Assembly: GCA_041665005.1 (NCBI GenBank)
Contig: JBAYJR010000009.1
Location: forward strand, 203 to 64,202
DNA length: 64,000 nucleotides
Source of the DNA: Candidatus Buchananbacteria bacterium
Lineage (GTDB): Bacteria; Patescibacteriota; Patescibacteriia; 2-01-FULL-39-33; JBAYJR01
Reading direction: 5' to 3'
Positions within the stretch are counted from its first letter, which is position 1. Every line of letters begins with the position of its first letter. Both the position numbers and the translations under genes were made by a program. The notes below the pieces were generated by a model. That model ran no database searches and was not told the DNA's origin. It was given only the letters and a program-made list of their open reading frames with translations. Below are positions 54,494-64,000 of this stretch, piece by piece.

Positions 54494-57076
54494 ATGGTTG
54501 AACAACAATCATCAGCTAAAGTTCTGCCCGTAGATTTATTTAAGTTTTCACAAATGACTCAGGCGGATTCTTTGGCAGCTTATAAAGTAAAGGAAGTTGG
54601 CCTAACTAATCAGGAGGCCGTTTGGCGTTTAGGCACTTATGGTTTAAATGTAGTTAGTCAAGGAATCAAAATAGGTTTAGCTAAAAGATTTTTTAATAAT
54701 CTTAAGGATCCACTCAGCGCGTTGTTATTAGCCTTGGGGGTGATTTCATATTTAACTAAAGATTACAAGGCGGCCATTTTAATTTTGGTGATGTTATTAA
54801 TGAGTGTAATTTTGCGTTATTTCCAAGAAACTAAAGCTGATCAGGCGGCCGCTAAATTAAAAGCTCTAATTCATACCACGGCCACAGTCTTAAGAAATGG
54901 TCAAAAAACTGAAGTGCTATTGGAATCAGTGGTGCCTGGAGATATTATTCAGTTATCCGCCGGCGATATGATTCCAGCCGACATTAGGTTAATTGATTCT
55001 CGAGATTTGTTTGTTAATCAAGCGGTTTTAACAGGAGAGTCATTACCGGCCGAAAAACACGCAATAACGGCGATCAATAAAGTTGTTAGCCAATATGAAT
55101 TGGCTAATATTTGTTTTATGGGAACTAACGTAGAAAGCGGAACGGCCACGGCGTTAGTTTTGACAACTGGTCAAAACACACAATTTGGTTCTTTGGCTGA
55201 TGATTTGTCGGTTAAACGCCAATTAACTAATTTTGATTTGGGGATCAATCGTTTTACTTGGTTAATGATCCGGTTTATTGCTATTTTGGTTCCTTTAGTC
55301 TTTGTCATCAACGGTTTTAGTAAAGGTAATTGGTTGGAAGCTTTTTTGTTTGCTTTGGCGGTGGCAGTAGGTTTAACGCCCGAACTGTTGCCGATGATAG
55401 TAACGGTCAATTTGTCCAAGGGTGCCTTGGATATGTCTAAAAAAAAGGTAATTGTCAAAAGGTTAAACGCCATTCAAAATTTTGGTGCGATGGATGTTTT
55501 TTGTATGGATAAAACTGGCACTTTAACTGAAGGCAAGGTTTCTTTAATCAAACATTTGGATATTACGGGAAAAGAAAATGAAAAAATTTTAGCTTATGCT
55601 TATTTAAATAGTTATTATCAGACGGGGTTAAAAAATCTTTTAGATTTTGCAGTTTTACAACATGATCAGCAAAGTCATCAGGATTTAATTAAGCAGTTTT
55701 CTAAAATCGACGAAGTACCTTTTGATTTTATTCGGCGACGAATGTCGGTGGTAGTGGGTAATAATCAAGGTCAGCATTTATTAATTTGTAAGGGTGCGGT
55801 AGAAGAGGTATTAGCTAATTGTCAGCAGGCGGTGGTTAAAGGTAAAATTGTTGCCTTGGCTAAATCGCACCAGCAACAAAAGTTGGAATTAATTGACAGC
55901 TTGAGTAGTCAGGGTTTTCGGCTGGTCGCTTTAGCTTACAAAGAATTACCTTCCGAAAAGAATGTTTATACTGTAGCTGATGAAAACAATTTAACCTTGT
56001 TGGGTTTTTTGGCTTTTTTGGATCCACCCAAAGCTAGTGCGGCCTTAGCGCTTAAACAGTTAGCCGAATACGGTATTCAGGCGAAGGTATTAACTGGCGA
56101 TAACGAATTAGTCACGAGAAAAGTTTGTCAGGAAGTCGATTTGCCAATCAGTCGAATTTTATTAGGCTCGGAAATAGAAAAATTAACGGAAACAGAATTA
56201 AGACAAGCGGTAGAAGAGGCTAATATTTTTGATAAATTAGAACCGCACCACAAAGCTATGGTTATCAAGGCTTTGCAAAAAAACGGTCATGTGGTGGGCT
56301 TTATGGGGGATGGAATTAACGATGCTTTGGCTTTACGGGCGGCCGATGTGGGAGTTTCGGTAGATAGCGCGGTGGATATTGCTAAGGAGTCGTCCGATAT
56401 TATTTTGTTAGAAAAAAATTTATTAGTGCTAAAAGAAGGAGTGCGTGAAGGCCGCAAAATTTTTAGTAACATAATTAAATATATTAAAATGGCGGCTAGC
56501 TCAAATTTTGGTAATATGTTCAGTGTAATTGGTGGTAGTGTTTTTTTACCATTTTTGCCAATGTTGCCCATTCAGGTAATCGCTAATAATTTACTGTATG
56601 ATTTTTCGCAAATTACTATTCCCACGGATAGTGCTGACGAAGAATATTTAAAAAAGCCTCGACAATGGCAAATTAATAAAATAGCCAAATTTGTTGTTTG
56701 TTTGGGTCCAGCTAGTTCGGTCTTTGATTATTTAACTTTTTTTATGATGTTGTTTGTTTTTAATACCTGGTTTAATCCTGCTTTGTTTCATACTGGTTGG
56801 TTTGTTGAATCATTGTTTACTCAAACTTTAATCATCCATATTATTCGTACACGTAAACCATTTTGGCAAAGCTTTGCCAGTCGGCCTTTGATTTTGTCAA
56901 CCTTGGCAGTGGTTAGTATTGGGGCTTATTTGCCCTATTCTCCATTAGCGGCCACCTTAGGTTTTGTGCCTTTACCATTAAGTTTCTGGGGCTATTTAGC
57001 CTTAATGATCGCCTGTTATTTTGTTTTAACTGAGGTGGTTAAACGAAGGTTTATTAAATATTTTGGTTGGGATTAA
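54494..57076 (+). CDS. mgtA: Magnesium-transporting P-type ATPase (MgtA/MgtB-like)
   Basis: …CMDKTGTLT… phosphorylation site, …TGDN… , …GDGINDALAL… hinge; 10 TM; 860 aa. Confidence 0.88.
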   Translation: MVEQQSSAKVLPVDLFKFSQMTQADSLAAYKVKEVGLTNQEAVWRLGTYGLNVVSQGIKIGLAKRFFNNLKDPLSALLLALGVISYLTKDYKAAILILVMLLMSVILRYFQETKADQAAAKLKALIHTTATVLRNGQKTEVLLESVVPGDIIQLSAGDMIPADIRLIDSRDLFVNQAVLTGESLPAEKHAITAINKVVSQYELANICFMGTNVESGTATALVLTTGQNTQFGSLADDLSVKRQLTNFDLGINRFTWLMIRFIAILVPLVFVINGFSKGNWLEAFLFALAVAVGLTPELLPMIVTVNLSKGALDMSKKKVIVKRLNAIQNFGAMDVFCMDKTGTLTEGKVSLIKHLDITGKENEKILAYAYLNSYYQTGLKNLLDFAVLQHDQQSHQDLIKQFSKIDEVPFDFIRRRMSVVVGNNQGQHLLICKGAVEEVLANCQQAVVKGKIVALAKSHQQQKLELIDSLSSQGFRLVALAYKELPSEKNVYTVADENNLTLLGFLAFLDPPKASAALALKQLAEYGIQAKVLTGDNELVTRKVCQEVDLPISRILLGSEIEKLTETELRQAVEEANIFDKLEPHHKAMVIKALQKNGHVVGFMGDGINDALALRAADVGVSVDSAVDIAKESSDIILLEKNLLVLKEGVREGRKIFSNIIKYIKMAASSNFGNMFSVIGGSVFLPFLPMLPIQVIANNLLYDFSQITIPTDSADEEYLKKPRQWQINKIAKFVVCLGPASSVFDYLTFFMMLFVFNTWFNPALFHTGWFVESLFTQTLIIHIIRTRKPFWQSFASRPLILSTLAVVSIGAYLPYSPLAATLGFVPLPLSFWGYLALMIACYFVLTEVVKRRFIKYFGWD

Positions 57077-57094
57077 TTGTTTAATTAATTTTAT

Positions 57095-58171
57095 ATGTTA
57101 ATGCCTTGGTATAATTACGCTTGTGGTTTAGATTTATCTGATTCATCAATTAAGTTATTGGCGTTTAAAGATTTGTCGTTAATTAAAGATCAAGCTAAAG
57201 TAGCGGCTTGGGTCAATTTTAATATTCCTTTGGGTTTGATTGAGGACGGCATAGTCCGGGACACCGAGGCCTTGACCGCACAAATTATTAAAGCCAAAAA
57301 CGTAGCTAGGCTGGGCCCCACTACTAAAAATTGTGTCTTATCTTTACCATCAACTAAAATATTCAGTCATTTATTTACTTTGCCAGCTGATTTAAATCAT
57401 CGGCAAATCGCTGAAATTTTACAATATGAATCTCAGGATTTTTTAACTTTACCTCAAGAAAATATTTATTATGATTTTTTGGTATTGCGTAATAATAAAG
57501 TCCAACAAGAAGTCCTTTTTGTTTCGGCGCCAAAAGAAATAGTTGATCCGCTAAAAATTGCGGTTAAGCGGGCTGGTTTAAATCCTTTAGTTTTTGAAAT
57601 TGAAGCTTTAAGCGGGGAACGAGCGTTGATGAAAAAATATTTAACGCAAGAAGCGGTAATGTTAATAGATATGGGTGATCGCTTAACTAGTTTAACTATT
57701 TTTGATCGTTATGGAGTTAAAGTGGTAATCAACTTAGCTTATGGTGGTCAAAATTTAACTTTAGCGATTGCGCAAAAATTAGGGATTAATGAAAAAGAAG
57801 CCAGGGCCTTAAAACAATCAATTGGTTTGTCACTTGAGAGTAGCCAACAAGTGGCGGTTATTTTGCAACAAGAATTACAAATTATGCTAGAAGAAATTAA
57901 AAAAACCTTAGATTATTTTGGTCAACGCTATCAAGAAAAAATTAGTAAAATAATTTTAACTGGTGGTTCAGCCTTGTTGTTAGAAATAACTAATTATTTT
58001 CAGCAAAATTTGCATTTACCGGTAGCCTTAGCCAATCCGTGGTTAAAAGTGGATTTTTCCGACCCAGAATTAACCAAAGCCGCCTGTGCTAATGTTTTTG
58101 GTTTAGCTTTGCGGGGGTCCAGTTTTTGGGCTTTACGTCGGGGCTTAAATCTATTAAAATATACTAAGTAA
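57095..58171 (+). CDS. pilM: Type IV pilus assembly protein PilM-like (actin-like ATPase fold)
   Basis: …CGLDLSDSSIKLLAF… N-terminal phosphate-1 motif; 358 aa; FtsA/PilM-like. Confidence 0.7.
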   Translation: MLMPWYNYACGLDLSDSSIKLLAFKDLSLIKDQAKVAAWVNFNIPLGLIEDGIVRDTEALTAQIIKAKNVARLGPTTKNCVLSLPSTKIFSHLFTLPADLNHRQIAEILQYESQDFLTLPQENIYYDFLVLRNNKVQQEVLFVSAPKEIVDPLKIAVKRAGLNPLVFEIEALSGERALMKKYLTQEAVMLIDMGDRLTSLTIFDRYGVKVVINLAYGGQNLTLAIAQKLGINEKEARALKQSIGLSLESSQQVAVILQQELQIMLEEIKKTLDYFGQRYQEKISKIILTGGSALLLEITNYFQQNLHLPVALANPWLKVDFSDPELTKAACANVFGLALRGSSFWALRRGLNLLKYTK

Positions 58172-58187
58172 GTCTTAATAAACTAAG

Positions 58188-58955
58188 TTGAAATTTATGA
58201 TGGAAGATTTAAAAAATCATTGGCCAAAGTTACTGATAGTTTTGGTAGTAATTTTAGCCATCACCAGCATTGTAATTGTGGCTTTATTGCGTGATCGGTT
58301 GGTTAGTAATAATCAATGGACCGTTTCGGTTAATGGTCGCGGTCGGGTGTTAATTAAGCCAGATTTAGCAGTGATTAATTTGGGAGTAGATACTTTTAAA
58401 GTATCTACCGCTAAAGAAGCTTTAGCGCAAAATAGTGTTAAAATGAATAAAATTTCGGCTAAGTTAAAAGAATTGGGTATTGCCGAAATGGATATCAAAA
58501 CTACCAATTATAATTTGAGCCCGGTTTATGAAGTGTTTGATGGCCGAAGCCGACCAACCGGTTATACGGTTAATCAACAACTAACCATTAAGGTTAGAGA
58601 TTTGACTAAGGTGGGAGTAATCATTGAAGCGGTAACCAACGAAGGTGCTAATCAAATTGGTGAGGTTAGTTTTACGGTGGATAATTTAGAAGCAGTTAAA
58701 GATGAAGCGCGCTTATTAGCGATTGCTGATGCTAAAGCGAAGGCTGGTAAATTAGCACAAACAGCGGGAGTACGTTTAGGCAAAACGGTCGGTTTTTGGG
58801 AAAATTATGTTTCTGGTTCCGAGGCTGATGTTTATGGTAAAGGGGGAATTGGTGGCGGGATGGCGGTTAATCAAGCCTCAATTAGTCTGCCACCGGTGAG
58901 TGGTGGTCAATTGGAAGTAATCGTAGAAATGAGTTTAACTTACAAAATTAAATAA
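58188..58955 (+). CDS. SIMPL-domain (DUF541) protein, membrane-anchored
   Basis: …TVSVNGRGRVLIKPDLAVINLGVDT… characteristic SIMPL N-terminal block. Confidence 0.8.
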   Translation: MKFMMEDLKNHWPKLLIVLVVILAITSIVIVALLRDRLVSNNQWTVSVNGRGRVLIKPDLAVINLGVDTFKVSTAKEALAQNSVKMNKISAKLKELGIAEMDIKTTNYNLSPVYEVFDGRSRPTGYTVNQQLTIKVRDLTKVGVIIEAVTNEGANQIGEVSFTVDNLEAVKDEARLLAIADAKAKAGKLAQTAGVRLGKTVGFWENYVSGSEADVYGKGGIGGGMAVNQASISLPPVSGGQLEVIVEMSLTYKIK

Positions 58956-59012
58956 GCGTTATTTGGCGCCCCGACTCATTAGTCGGGGCGCTATTTTTTA
59001 GCCGATTTTTTT

Positions 59013-59471
59013 ATGGCTCAAGATATTTATGTGATTTGTGATAATTTAAGAAGCCTTTATAATGTTGGTTCAATTTTTCGGACCAGCGATGCGATTGGTG
59101 TTAAAAAAATTTATTTAGTTGGTATTACGGGCCAGCCACCTCAGGCCGGCATTGCCAAAGTAGCTTTGGGAGCCGAAAATATTATTCCTTGGGAATATGT
59201 AAAAAATTATGCCACTTTATTAAAAAAAATAAAAACTAAAAAGATTACCTTGGTGGCTTTGGAACAAACTAAAAAAAGTCTGCCTTATTTTAAATTTAAA
59301 CCTAATTTTCCTTTGGCTTTGGTAGTTGGCAATGAAGTTTTAGGGGTTAATAAAAAGTTATTAGCTAAATGTTCAACGGTAGTTTATTTACCCCAGCAAG
59401 GGCTGAAAGAATCTTTAAATGTGTCGGTGGCTTTTGGGGTAATGGCTTATTATTTACGTCAGTCAAACTAA
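59013..59471 (+). CDS. SpoU/TrmH-family RNA 2'-O-methyltransferase (SPOUT)
   Basis: …CDNLRSLYNVGSIFRTSDA…, …LVVGNEVLGV…, …YLPQQG…SLNVSVAFGV… motifs. Confidence 0.8.
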   Translation: MAQDIYVICDNLRSLYNVGSIFRTSDAIGVKKIYLVGITGQPPQAGIAKVALGAENIIPWEYVKNYATLLKKIKTKKITLVALEQTKKSLPYFKFKPNFPLALVVGNEVLGVNKKLLAKCSTVVYLPQQGLKESLNVSVAFGVMAYYLRQSN

Positions 59472-59477
59472 TAAAAA

Positions 59478-59500
59478 AGAGCCGAAATTATTTTTCGGCT
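59478..59500. terminator. Hairpin GAGCCGAAA/TTTCGGCTC (loop TTATT) flanked by an A-run; best as a terminator for the minus-strand small ORF, possibly bidirectional
   Basis: 9-bp perfect stem 7 nt after the trmH-like stop. Confidence 0.55.
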
Positions 59501-59526
59501 CCAGATTTGATTAATTAGGCAAAGGT

Positions 59527-59673
59527 GGCGTCAGTGATCGCTTGTCGTGAATCGGCGTGAATGCCGGCTTGGCAACTTTTTAAATGTAAGTTAATTTGTT
59601 TTTTTTCTTCAGTGGTTAGAGTTTTTCCGGCTAACCATTTTTTGATTAAATTTTCAGTTTTTTGGCAATTCAT
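59527..59673 (-). CDS. Possible small protein (48 aa) with strong GGAGGGG RBS
   Basis: rc 59527-59673 = MNCQKTENLIKKWLAGKTLTTEEKKQINLHLKKLPSRHSRRFTTSDH*; RBS rc of 59680-59686; frame depends on homopolymer lengths. Confidence 0.25.
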
Positions 59674-59697
59674 TTTAACCCCTCCTTGGGTTTAAGC

Positions 59698-61269
59698 TTA
59701 ACGAATCAAACATTGCCAGGGTCCGTTAGCGGCGATTATTTGTTGGATAGTGACCAATTCTTTTTTGGCGGTAATAGTATTTCCTAGTTGTTGACTGGCT
59801 TCGGGTTTTAAGTAGCTTAGATTAGGAAAATTATGTGCATTAATTAAACCCATGAGATATAAATCCAGGTTTGGTAATTGACGCTGTAAATCTGGTTTTA
59901 AATAAAGGCCACTGGTAAAAGTTCCATCAAAATTATCTTGCCAGCCCCAACCACCCAAAGGAGAAATAAAAGTATTATATAAATTCCAGTGGGCATTGTC
60001 GTTGTCAGCCAGCAAGGCGTTGTTTAATTTTCCTTGCTGGTCTACAAATAAAGCGGAGCCGCTCCAGTGATGTAAAATCTCGTGAATTGCATAATTAGTA
60101 GAAGTTTGTAGGGAATCTAAATCTTCAGTGCTGTATTTAATCAAGTTGCCCATTACAATAATTCCTTTTAATTTTCCACGGCTACCATAAAGCGTGGAAC
60201 GATCAAGTAAATTTTTGCCGGTGCCAGAAAAATCATTTCTGACTGGTAGGTAGTTAGCAACATTCTTTTCGCCAGCGATAAAATTATTATAAATAAAAAC
60301 AAAATCAAATTGGTCGGGATTTTGATCATAAAAAAGATTAATCACTTCATTGTTTAAAACCTCTTGTCCGGCTTCTCGGCTAACCGTTAGCTCATTAGCT
60401 GGTAAGGTAAAGGTAGTATAGGTAGTATTAATAGAGGCTAAGTTATCCGTGGCCCAGGCATAGCCTCGAGCTAAATCTCTTTTTAAATTATCCAGCTTGG
60501 CTAATTCTTGGTTGGTTGGGGTTTGACGGTAAACTAAAATAACCGCGGCTTTAAGTTTTTTATTTTCACAATCAGCAGTACTAGTTGAGTGGTTAGTAGC
60601 TGGTTCGGCAATTTTTGCTTCATAGCCAGTAATTTCTTTTTGGCGATTATTATATAACCAATTGCCACTAACGGCATCAGTTAATTGGTAGCCGTTAGCA
60701 ATAATTGCCTGGGGATTGGCAAAGGGCTGTAAGCTATCGTTGGTTTTCCAAAAATATTTAGTAGTTTTTTGGCCTGAATCATAGTATTGATAAACTAAAT
60801 CATCAGGAAAGGCCTGAGCCGCTAAGGTTTGACCAACAATATAATCATTATAAACAAAGTCTGGTAAAGTAATTAGTCTGTTGGACCAGTTTTGGCCATA
60901 AATGTAAATTACGTCAGTTAAATTATTAAAAGGGCTTAAAACACCACCAGCTTCTACGGCGTAAAGGGTGGGATGGTAGGGAAATTTAACCAAATTTTTT
61001 CCTGGTCGAAGTGTTAAATTTTTGCCTAAAGGTATTTGAGTTAGCACCTCGGATGTGACTGTTTTAACTTTAGACCAATCGCGATCAAACCAAGAGTAAT
61101 AAGTTTCCGCGGTGGGTATTAGGTGTCTAAGGTTATTTTGGTCAACATAGTAAACGGCCGGATTATTTTTAAGTTTGATTAATTTAAAAATTGGTTGACT
61201 ATTAGCCAAGCTGGACAGTGGCAACAAAAAAGTTAGGATTAGGCTTGAAATAAATAATTTTTTTGTCAT
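59698..61269 (-). CDS. Secreted hypothetical protein (523 aa)
   Basis: Signal peptide MTKKLFISSLILTFLLPLSSLANS; the track start at 61329 runs through tRNA-Pro and is an artefact; ATG rc at 61267-61269. Confidence 0.55.
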   Translation of the reverse strand: MTKKLFISSLILTFLLPLSSLANSQPIFKLIKLKNNPAVYYVDQNNLRHLIPTAETYYSWFDRDWSKVKTVTSEVLTQIPLGKNLTLRPGKNLVKFPYHPTLYAVEAGGVLSPFNNLTDVIYIYGQNWSNRLITLPDFVYNDYIVGQTLAAQAFPDDLVYQYYDSGQKTTKYFWKTNDSLQPFANPQAIIANGYQLTDAVSGNWLYNNRQKEITGYEAKIAEPATNHSTSTADCENKKLKAAVILVYRQTPTNQELAKLDNLKRDLARGYAWATDNLASINTTYTTFTLPANELTVSREAGQEVLNNEVINLFYDQNPDQFDFVFIYNNFIAGEKNVANYLPVRNDFSGTGKNLLDRSTLYGSRGKLKGIIVMGNLIKYSTEDLDSLQTSTNYAIHEILHHWSGSALFVDQQGKLNNALLADNDNAHWNLYNTFISPLGGWGWQDNFDGTFTSGLYLKPDLQRQLPNLDLYLMGLINAHNFPNLSYLKPEASQQLGNTITAKKELVTIQQIIAANGPWQCLIR

Positions 61270-61271
61270 AG

Positions 61272-61344
61272 TCGGGGTAGTGAGACTCGAACTCACGGCC
61301 TCGTCGTCCCGAACGACGCGCGCTACCAACTGCGCTATACCCCG
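61272..61344 (-). tRNA. tRNA-Pro (anticodon CGG)
   Basis: rc folds as acceptor CGGGGTA/TACCCCG, anticodon stem CGTCG/CGACG loop TTCGGGA, T-arm GTGAG-TTCGAGT-CTCAC. Confidence 0.85.
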
Positions 61345-61432
61345 TTAATCGTTTGAATTCTAGCAAAAATCAGACAAAAAGAAAAGGGCTTACATATCAT
61401 GCAAGCCCCAAGTTTCAGGGCAGGAGAGAAAG

Positions 61433-61624
61433 TTATTTATAGATTATTTTGTAACTTTCTCTTTTTTGTTTAGCCTCGGCCAACATATTATTGAGGCTAT
61501 AACCTCCGGCCATTAATATTAGGCCGAAAATTGCAGTGGCTAACGATCCAGTTAGGATGAGGCCACCAGTAAGCATTGCCACAGCCGTTGTTCTGGCCAG
61601 GCCTCGGCGGACTTTCAAAGTCAT
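61433..61624 (-). CDS. Possible small 2-TM membrane protein (63 aa)
   Basis: ORF only; hydrophobic Gly-rich helices. Confidence 0.3.
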   Translation of the reverse strand: MTLKVRRGLARTTAVAMLTGGLILTGSLATAIFGLILMAGGYSLNNMLAEAKQKRESYKIIYK

Positions 61625-61774
61625 TGTTTCATCTCCTTTAGGTGTATTTTACTCGTTTTCTAGTATAGCACATATTTAATATTTTGTCAAGAGATTTAAG
61701 TTTGCTCCTTTAAAATTAAGCCTTTTATTAACAATTGAAATTTTTTATTAAAAAGGCTATAATTTATAAACTTT

Positions 61775-62464
61775 ATGTCAGAAAATACCATCAATCATCT
61801 TGCCATTATCATGGATGGCAATCGGCGCTGGGCCAAAGAGCACGGTTTGCCGTCTTTAGAGGGTCATCGAGTTGGCTATGAAACCTTAAAAAAGATTGCC
61901 CAGGCTTGTTTAGCGCGCGGTATTAAATACTTAACGGTTTATGCTTTTTCAACCGAGAATTGGCAACGTAGCACGGAAGAGGTTTCCTATTTAATGAATT
62001 TATTAAAAGAAGCTTTGGTTAACGATTTAGTGGTTTTTGCTAAAAATAATATTCGGTTGAGAGTTTTTGGCGACCGGCAGAAATTGGCAGCAGATATTCA
62101 ATTGGCCATTAGCCAGGCAGAAGAGGCTACTAAAAATAATCTTGGCGCTACTTTGGGGTTGTGTCTAAATTATGGTGGTCGCGATGAAATTTTACGAGCG
62201 GTAAAAAAAATAGTGGCACAAAAAAAAGCGGCCACCGAAATTACCGAGCAATTATTAGCCGAGAATTTAGATACTATCAGTATGCCAGACCCCGAAGTAA
62301 TTATTCGCACCTCCGGGGAACAGCGGACTTCTGGATTTTTAACCTGGCAGGCAGTTTATGCGGAATTATTTTTTGTGAATAAACACTGGCCAGATTTTAA
62401 TGAGTCGGATTTAAATCAAGTAATCACCGAATATCAAAATCGCCAAAGAAGATTTGGTAAATAA
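61775..62464 (+). CDS. uppS: Undecaprenyl-diphosphate synthase (cis-isoprenyl transferase)
   Basis: …HLAIIMDGNRRWAKEHGL…, …LTVYAFSTENWQR…, …RTSGEQRTSGFL…. Confidence 0.93.
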   Translation: MSENTINHLAIIMDGNRRWAKEHGLPSLEGHRVGYETLKKIAQACLARGIKYLTVYAFSTENWQRSTEEVSYLMNLLKEALVNDLVVFAKNNIRLRVFGDRQKLAADIQLAISQAEEATKNNLGATLGLCLNYGGRDEILRAVKKIVAQKKAATEITEQLLAENLDTISMPDPEVIIRTSGEQRTSGFLTWQAVYAELFFVNKHWPDFNESDLNQVITEYQNRQRRFGK

Positions 62465-62531
62465 GTAACGGCCAAGTAAGCCGTTTTTTGGTTTGAAAAT
62501 TTGTATTTTTAGGTGTAAGATAGAAGCAAAT

Positions 62532-64000
62532 ATGCTAAATTTATTTAGTCAAAAAAGTAATAAAATTTTATTAGCACTGGTTTTGCTAGCTATATTTTTA
62601 AGGTTGTGGGGTTTAGCTCAGGTTGGTTTACAAAATGACGCGGCAGTAAATTCGGTACGGGCGGTTGGTTGGTTCGATTTTTTGGCGGGCAAGGAACAAA
62701 CCTCGCCATTAGTTTGGTTTGGACATATTCCTTGGTGGGCAAATCTATCTTTTCACGATCATCCGCCGCTAGTTTATTTTATTCAGTTTGTTTTTTTTAG
62801 ATTATTTGGTGCGACCAGCCTAATAGCATTGTTACCGTTTGCTTTAGCTGGAATTTTTACTCTATTTGTTCTTTATTTTTTATTAAAGTTGGCAGACTCC
62901 GAGGCCACGGGGCTTTTAGCTGCCGCAATTTTTACGGTTAGTTCTTACGCTACTTGGATTACTCGTACTGGTTATTTAGAGGGAGTGGAGATTTTGTTTA
63001 TTGCTGGTGCGGTTTATTTTTTAGTTAAATATACAAAAGAACAGCAGGGCAGATATCTGTATTTATTATTTACTAGTTGTGGCTTAGCACTAATAAGTAA
63101 ATATACAGCGGTTTTTCTTTTGCCGGCGGTAATTTTATTTTTTTTAATTTGGCGCCGTAATATTTTTAAGAAAAAAGAATTTTGGTTATCTTTGTTGTTG
63201 TTGTTAACAATAGTTTCACCAGTAATTTTTTATAATATAATGGTTTTTAGGTATCGCGGGCATTTTGATGCGGCTTTTTCTTCAATGATTGGCATGAACC
63301 CAAGCGATTATCAAACTTTGTCATATCGGCATATTAATTTTAATGCTCTCAGCAATATTAAAGAGCTGGTTTTGGTACTTTATAGAAACAATTCTTGGCC
63401 ATGGTTTGTTGGCTATTTTTTGGCTTTGGCTTTTGGGTTGTGGCAACTGGTTACTAAAAAAGATTCCTGGTTGATTAAGTTTTCTACTTTAGCCATGATT
63501 ACGATAATTTTAATGTATTTAGTTACCCCGACTGCACCAAGATTTTTATCCATAGTTTTGCCGTTTTTTTGTATTAATGCCGCCCTAGCTACTAAGACCT
63601 GGTATAAAAAAATCTTTACTATTTTTTATGCTAGGGCGTTTATTGTGTTATTAGTCATATTATTTTTGTTTGAGTTGTTTTACAATTTTAATACCAATGT
63701 TTTTAGGAGTCCGGTTGGCCGTCCTAATGTTGATTATTCAGCTAGTCGGTTTTATGATAATGGTTTTGAGGCACTACATAAGTACATTCGGCAGAATATT
63801 TTTTCTACCTTGCCTTCATTTAGACGTATTAGTAGCTTAAGCCCAGAGACAACTCAGTTAAATTTAACCGGTGGATCGGTCGTGTTGTTTGATGAACGAG
63901 TTGATTGGTTTTCGCGAATGTGGTATATCGATCGTTATATTTTTTATTATAACCTGCCAATTGTTTTTCTTACTGATTTAGAAAATAGCTTGCCGATCGG
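62532..64000 (+). CDS. Glycosyltransferase family 39 (ArnT/PMT-like) membrane protein, 3'-truncated by window end
   Basis: ATG 62532; open through 64000; multi-TM with an N-terminal loop region (…GWFDFLAGKEQTSPLVWFGHIPWW…) typical of GT-C glycosyltransferases; not in the track because no stop lies in the window. Confidence 0.7.
   Translation, partial: MLNLFSQKSNKILLALVLLAIFLRLWGLAQVGLQNDAAVNSVRAVGWFDFLAGKEQTSPLVWFGHIPWWANLSFHDHPPLVYFIQFVFFRLFGATSLIALLPFALAGIFTLFVLYFLLKLADSEATGLLAAAIFTVSSYATWITRTGYLEGVEILFIAGAVYFLVKYTKEQQGRYLYLLFTSCGLALISKYTAVFLLPAVILFFLIWRRNIFKKKEFWLSLLLLLTIVSPVIFYNIMVFRYRGHFDAAFSSMIGMNPSDYQTLSYRHINFNALSNIKELVLVLYRNNSWPWFVGYFLALAFGLWQLVTKKDSWLIKFSTLAMITIILMYLVTPTAPRFLSIVLPFFCINAALATKTWYKKIFTIFYARAFIVLLVILFLFELFYNFNTNVFRSPVGRPNVDYSASRFYDNGFEALHKYIRQNIFSTLPSFRRISSLSPETTQLNLTGGSVVLFDERVDWFSRMWYIDRYIFYYNLPIVFLTDLENSLPI

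Noticed and set aside
55171-56571. Minus-strand ORFs (100 and 94 aa) inside mgtA
   Set aside because: Shadow ORFs within a conserved 860-aa P-type ATPase gene.
59527-59673. Reading the small minus-strand ORF as a zf-HC2 anti-sigma factor (MNCQ…HLKSCQAC)
   Set aside because: On recounting the homopolymer runs, the frame gives …HLKKLPSRH… and the C/H spacing is lost. It is kept only as a low-confidence ORF supported by its RBS and terminator.
61270-61329. N-terminal 20 aa (MVARVVRDDEAVSSSLTTPT) of the 543-aa track ORF
   Set aside because: This stretch is encoded by the minus-strand tRNA-Pro sequence; the real start is the downstream signal-peptide Met.
1-64000. CRISPR arrays, rRNA genes, and alternative genetic code (UGA recoding)
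   Set aside because: No CRISPR-like direct-repeat/spacer series and no 16S/23S/5S-like segments are visible. Genes close cleanly on TAA/TAG/TGA with full-length conserved proteins under the standard code.

Overview
This is an AT-rich bacterial window whose gene content and operon layout suggest, tentatively, a Candidate Phyla Radiation (Patescibacteria-like) genome.

Describe:
- 1-14235 is a contiguous str/S10/spc ribosomal super-operon: fusA (5'-truncated by the window edge), tuf, rpsJ, rplC-D-W-B, rpsS, rplV, rpsC, rplP, rpmC, rpsQ, rplN-X-E, rpsN (Zn type), rpsH, rplF, rplR, rpsE, rplO, secY. There is no rpmD (L30). Several r-proteins carry extensions.
- The operon continues with adk, map, ruvX and recO. 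Housekeeping genes follow: aspS, a YbaK-like deacylase, scpA/scpB, a D-Ala-D-Ala carboxypeptidase, tpiA and a class II aldolase.
- 24206-24881 holds a tRNA cluster: Thr-GGT, Tyr-GTA, Thr-TGT, then an unannotated 51-aa rpmG (L33), then Trp-CCA.
- A large serine recombinase gene overlaps the 3' end of tRNA-Trp on the opposite strand. Divergent from it lie an HUH rolling-circle Rep with a 16-bp perfect hairpin upstream, and then a cargo block: a HicB-like/HicA pair, a Zn-ribbon + DUF4145-like protein, and unknowns. I interpret about 24.87-31.2 kb as an integrated RCR-plasmid/phage-like element at tRNA-Trp.
- The right flank carries three ~30-bp direct repeats (GTTCCAAC...) bracketing single-gene units.
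- Downstream come accessory and envelope genes: an ICMT-family methyltransferase, Nudix, a beta-CASP MBL nuclease, SGNH lipase, acyltransferase-3, an SH3b secreted protein and a GIY-YIG protein. Then proS, a coiled-coil lytic transglycosylase plus M23 peptidase pair, and a cytochrome-b5/ferric-reductase/ECF-sigma/anti-sigma/MacAB-like efflux block. After that: a cupin, a membrane HExxH protease, mgtA, pilM, a SIMPL protein, a SpoU methyltransferase, tRNA-Pro(CGG) on the minus strand, uppS and a 3'-truncated GT39 glycosyltransferase.

Hunt:
- The main candidates are the tRNA-Trp-integrated element, its cargo module and the three repeats.
- A sequence-conserved palindrome (AATCGCCAAgTTGGCGAT + T-run) is fused to an extended -10 (TGnTATAAT) at six loci.
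- No rRNA and no CRISPR array were seen. All functional calls are from motifs I recognised by eye, not from searches.
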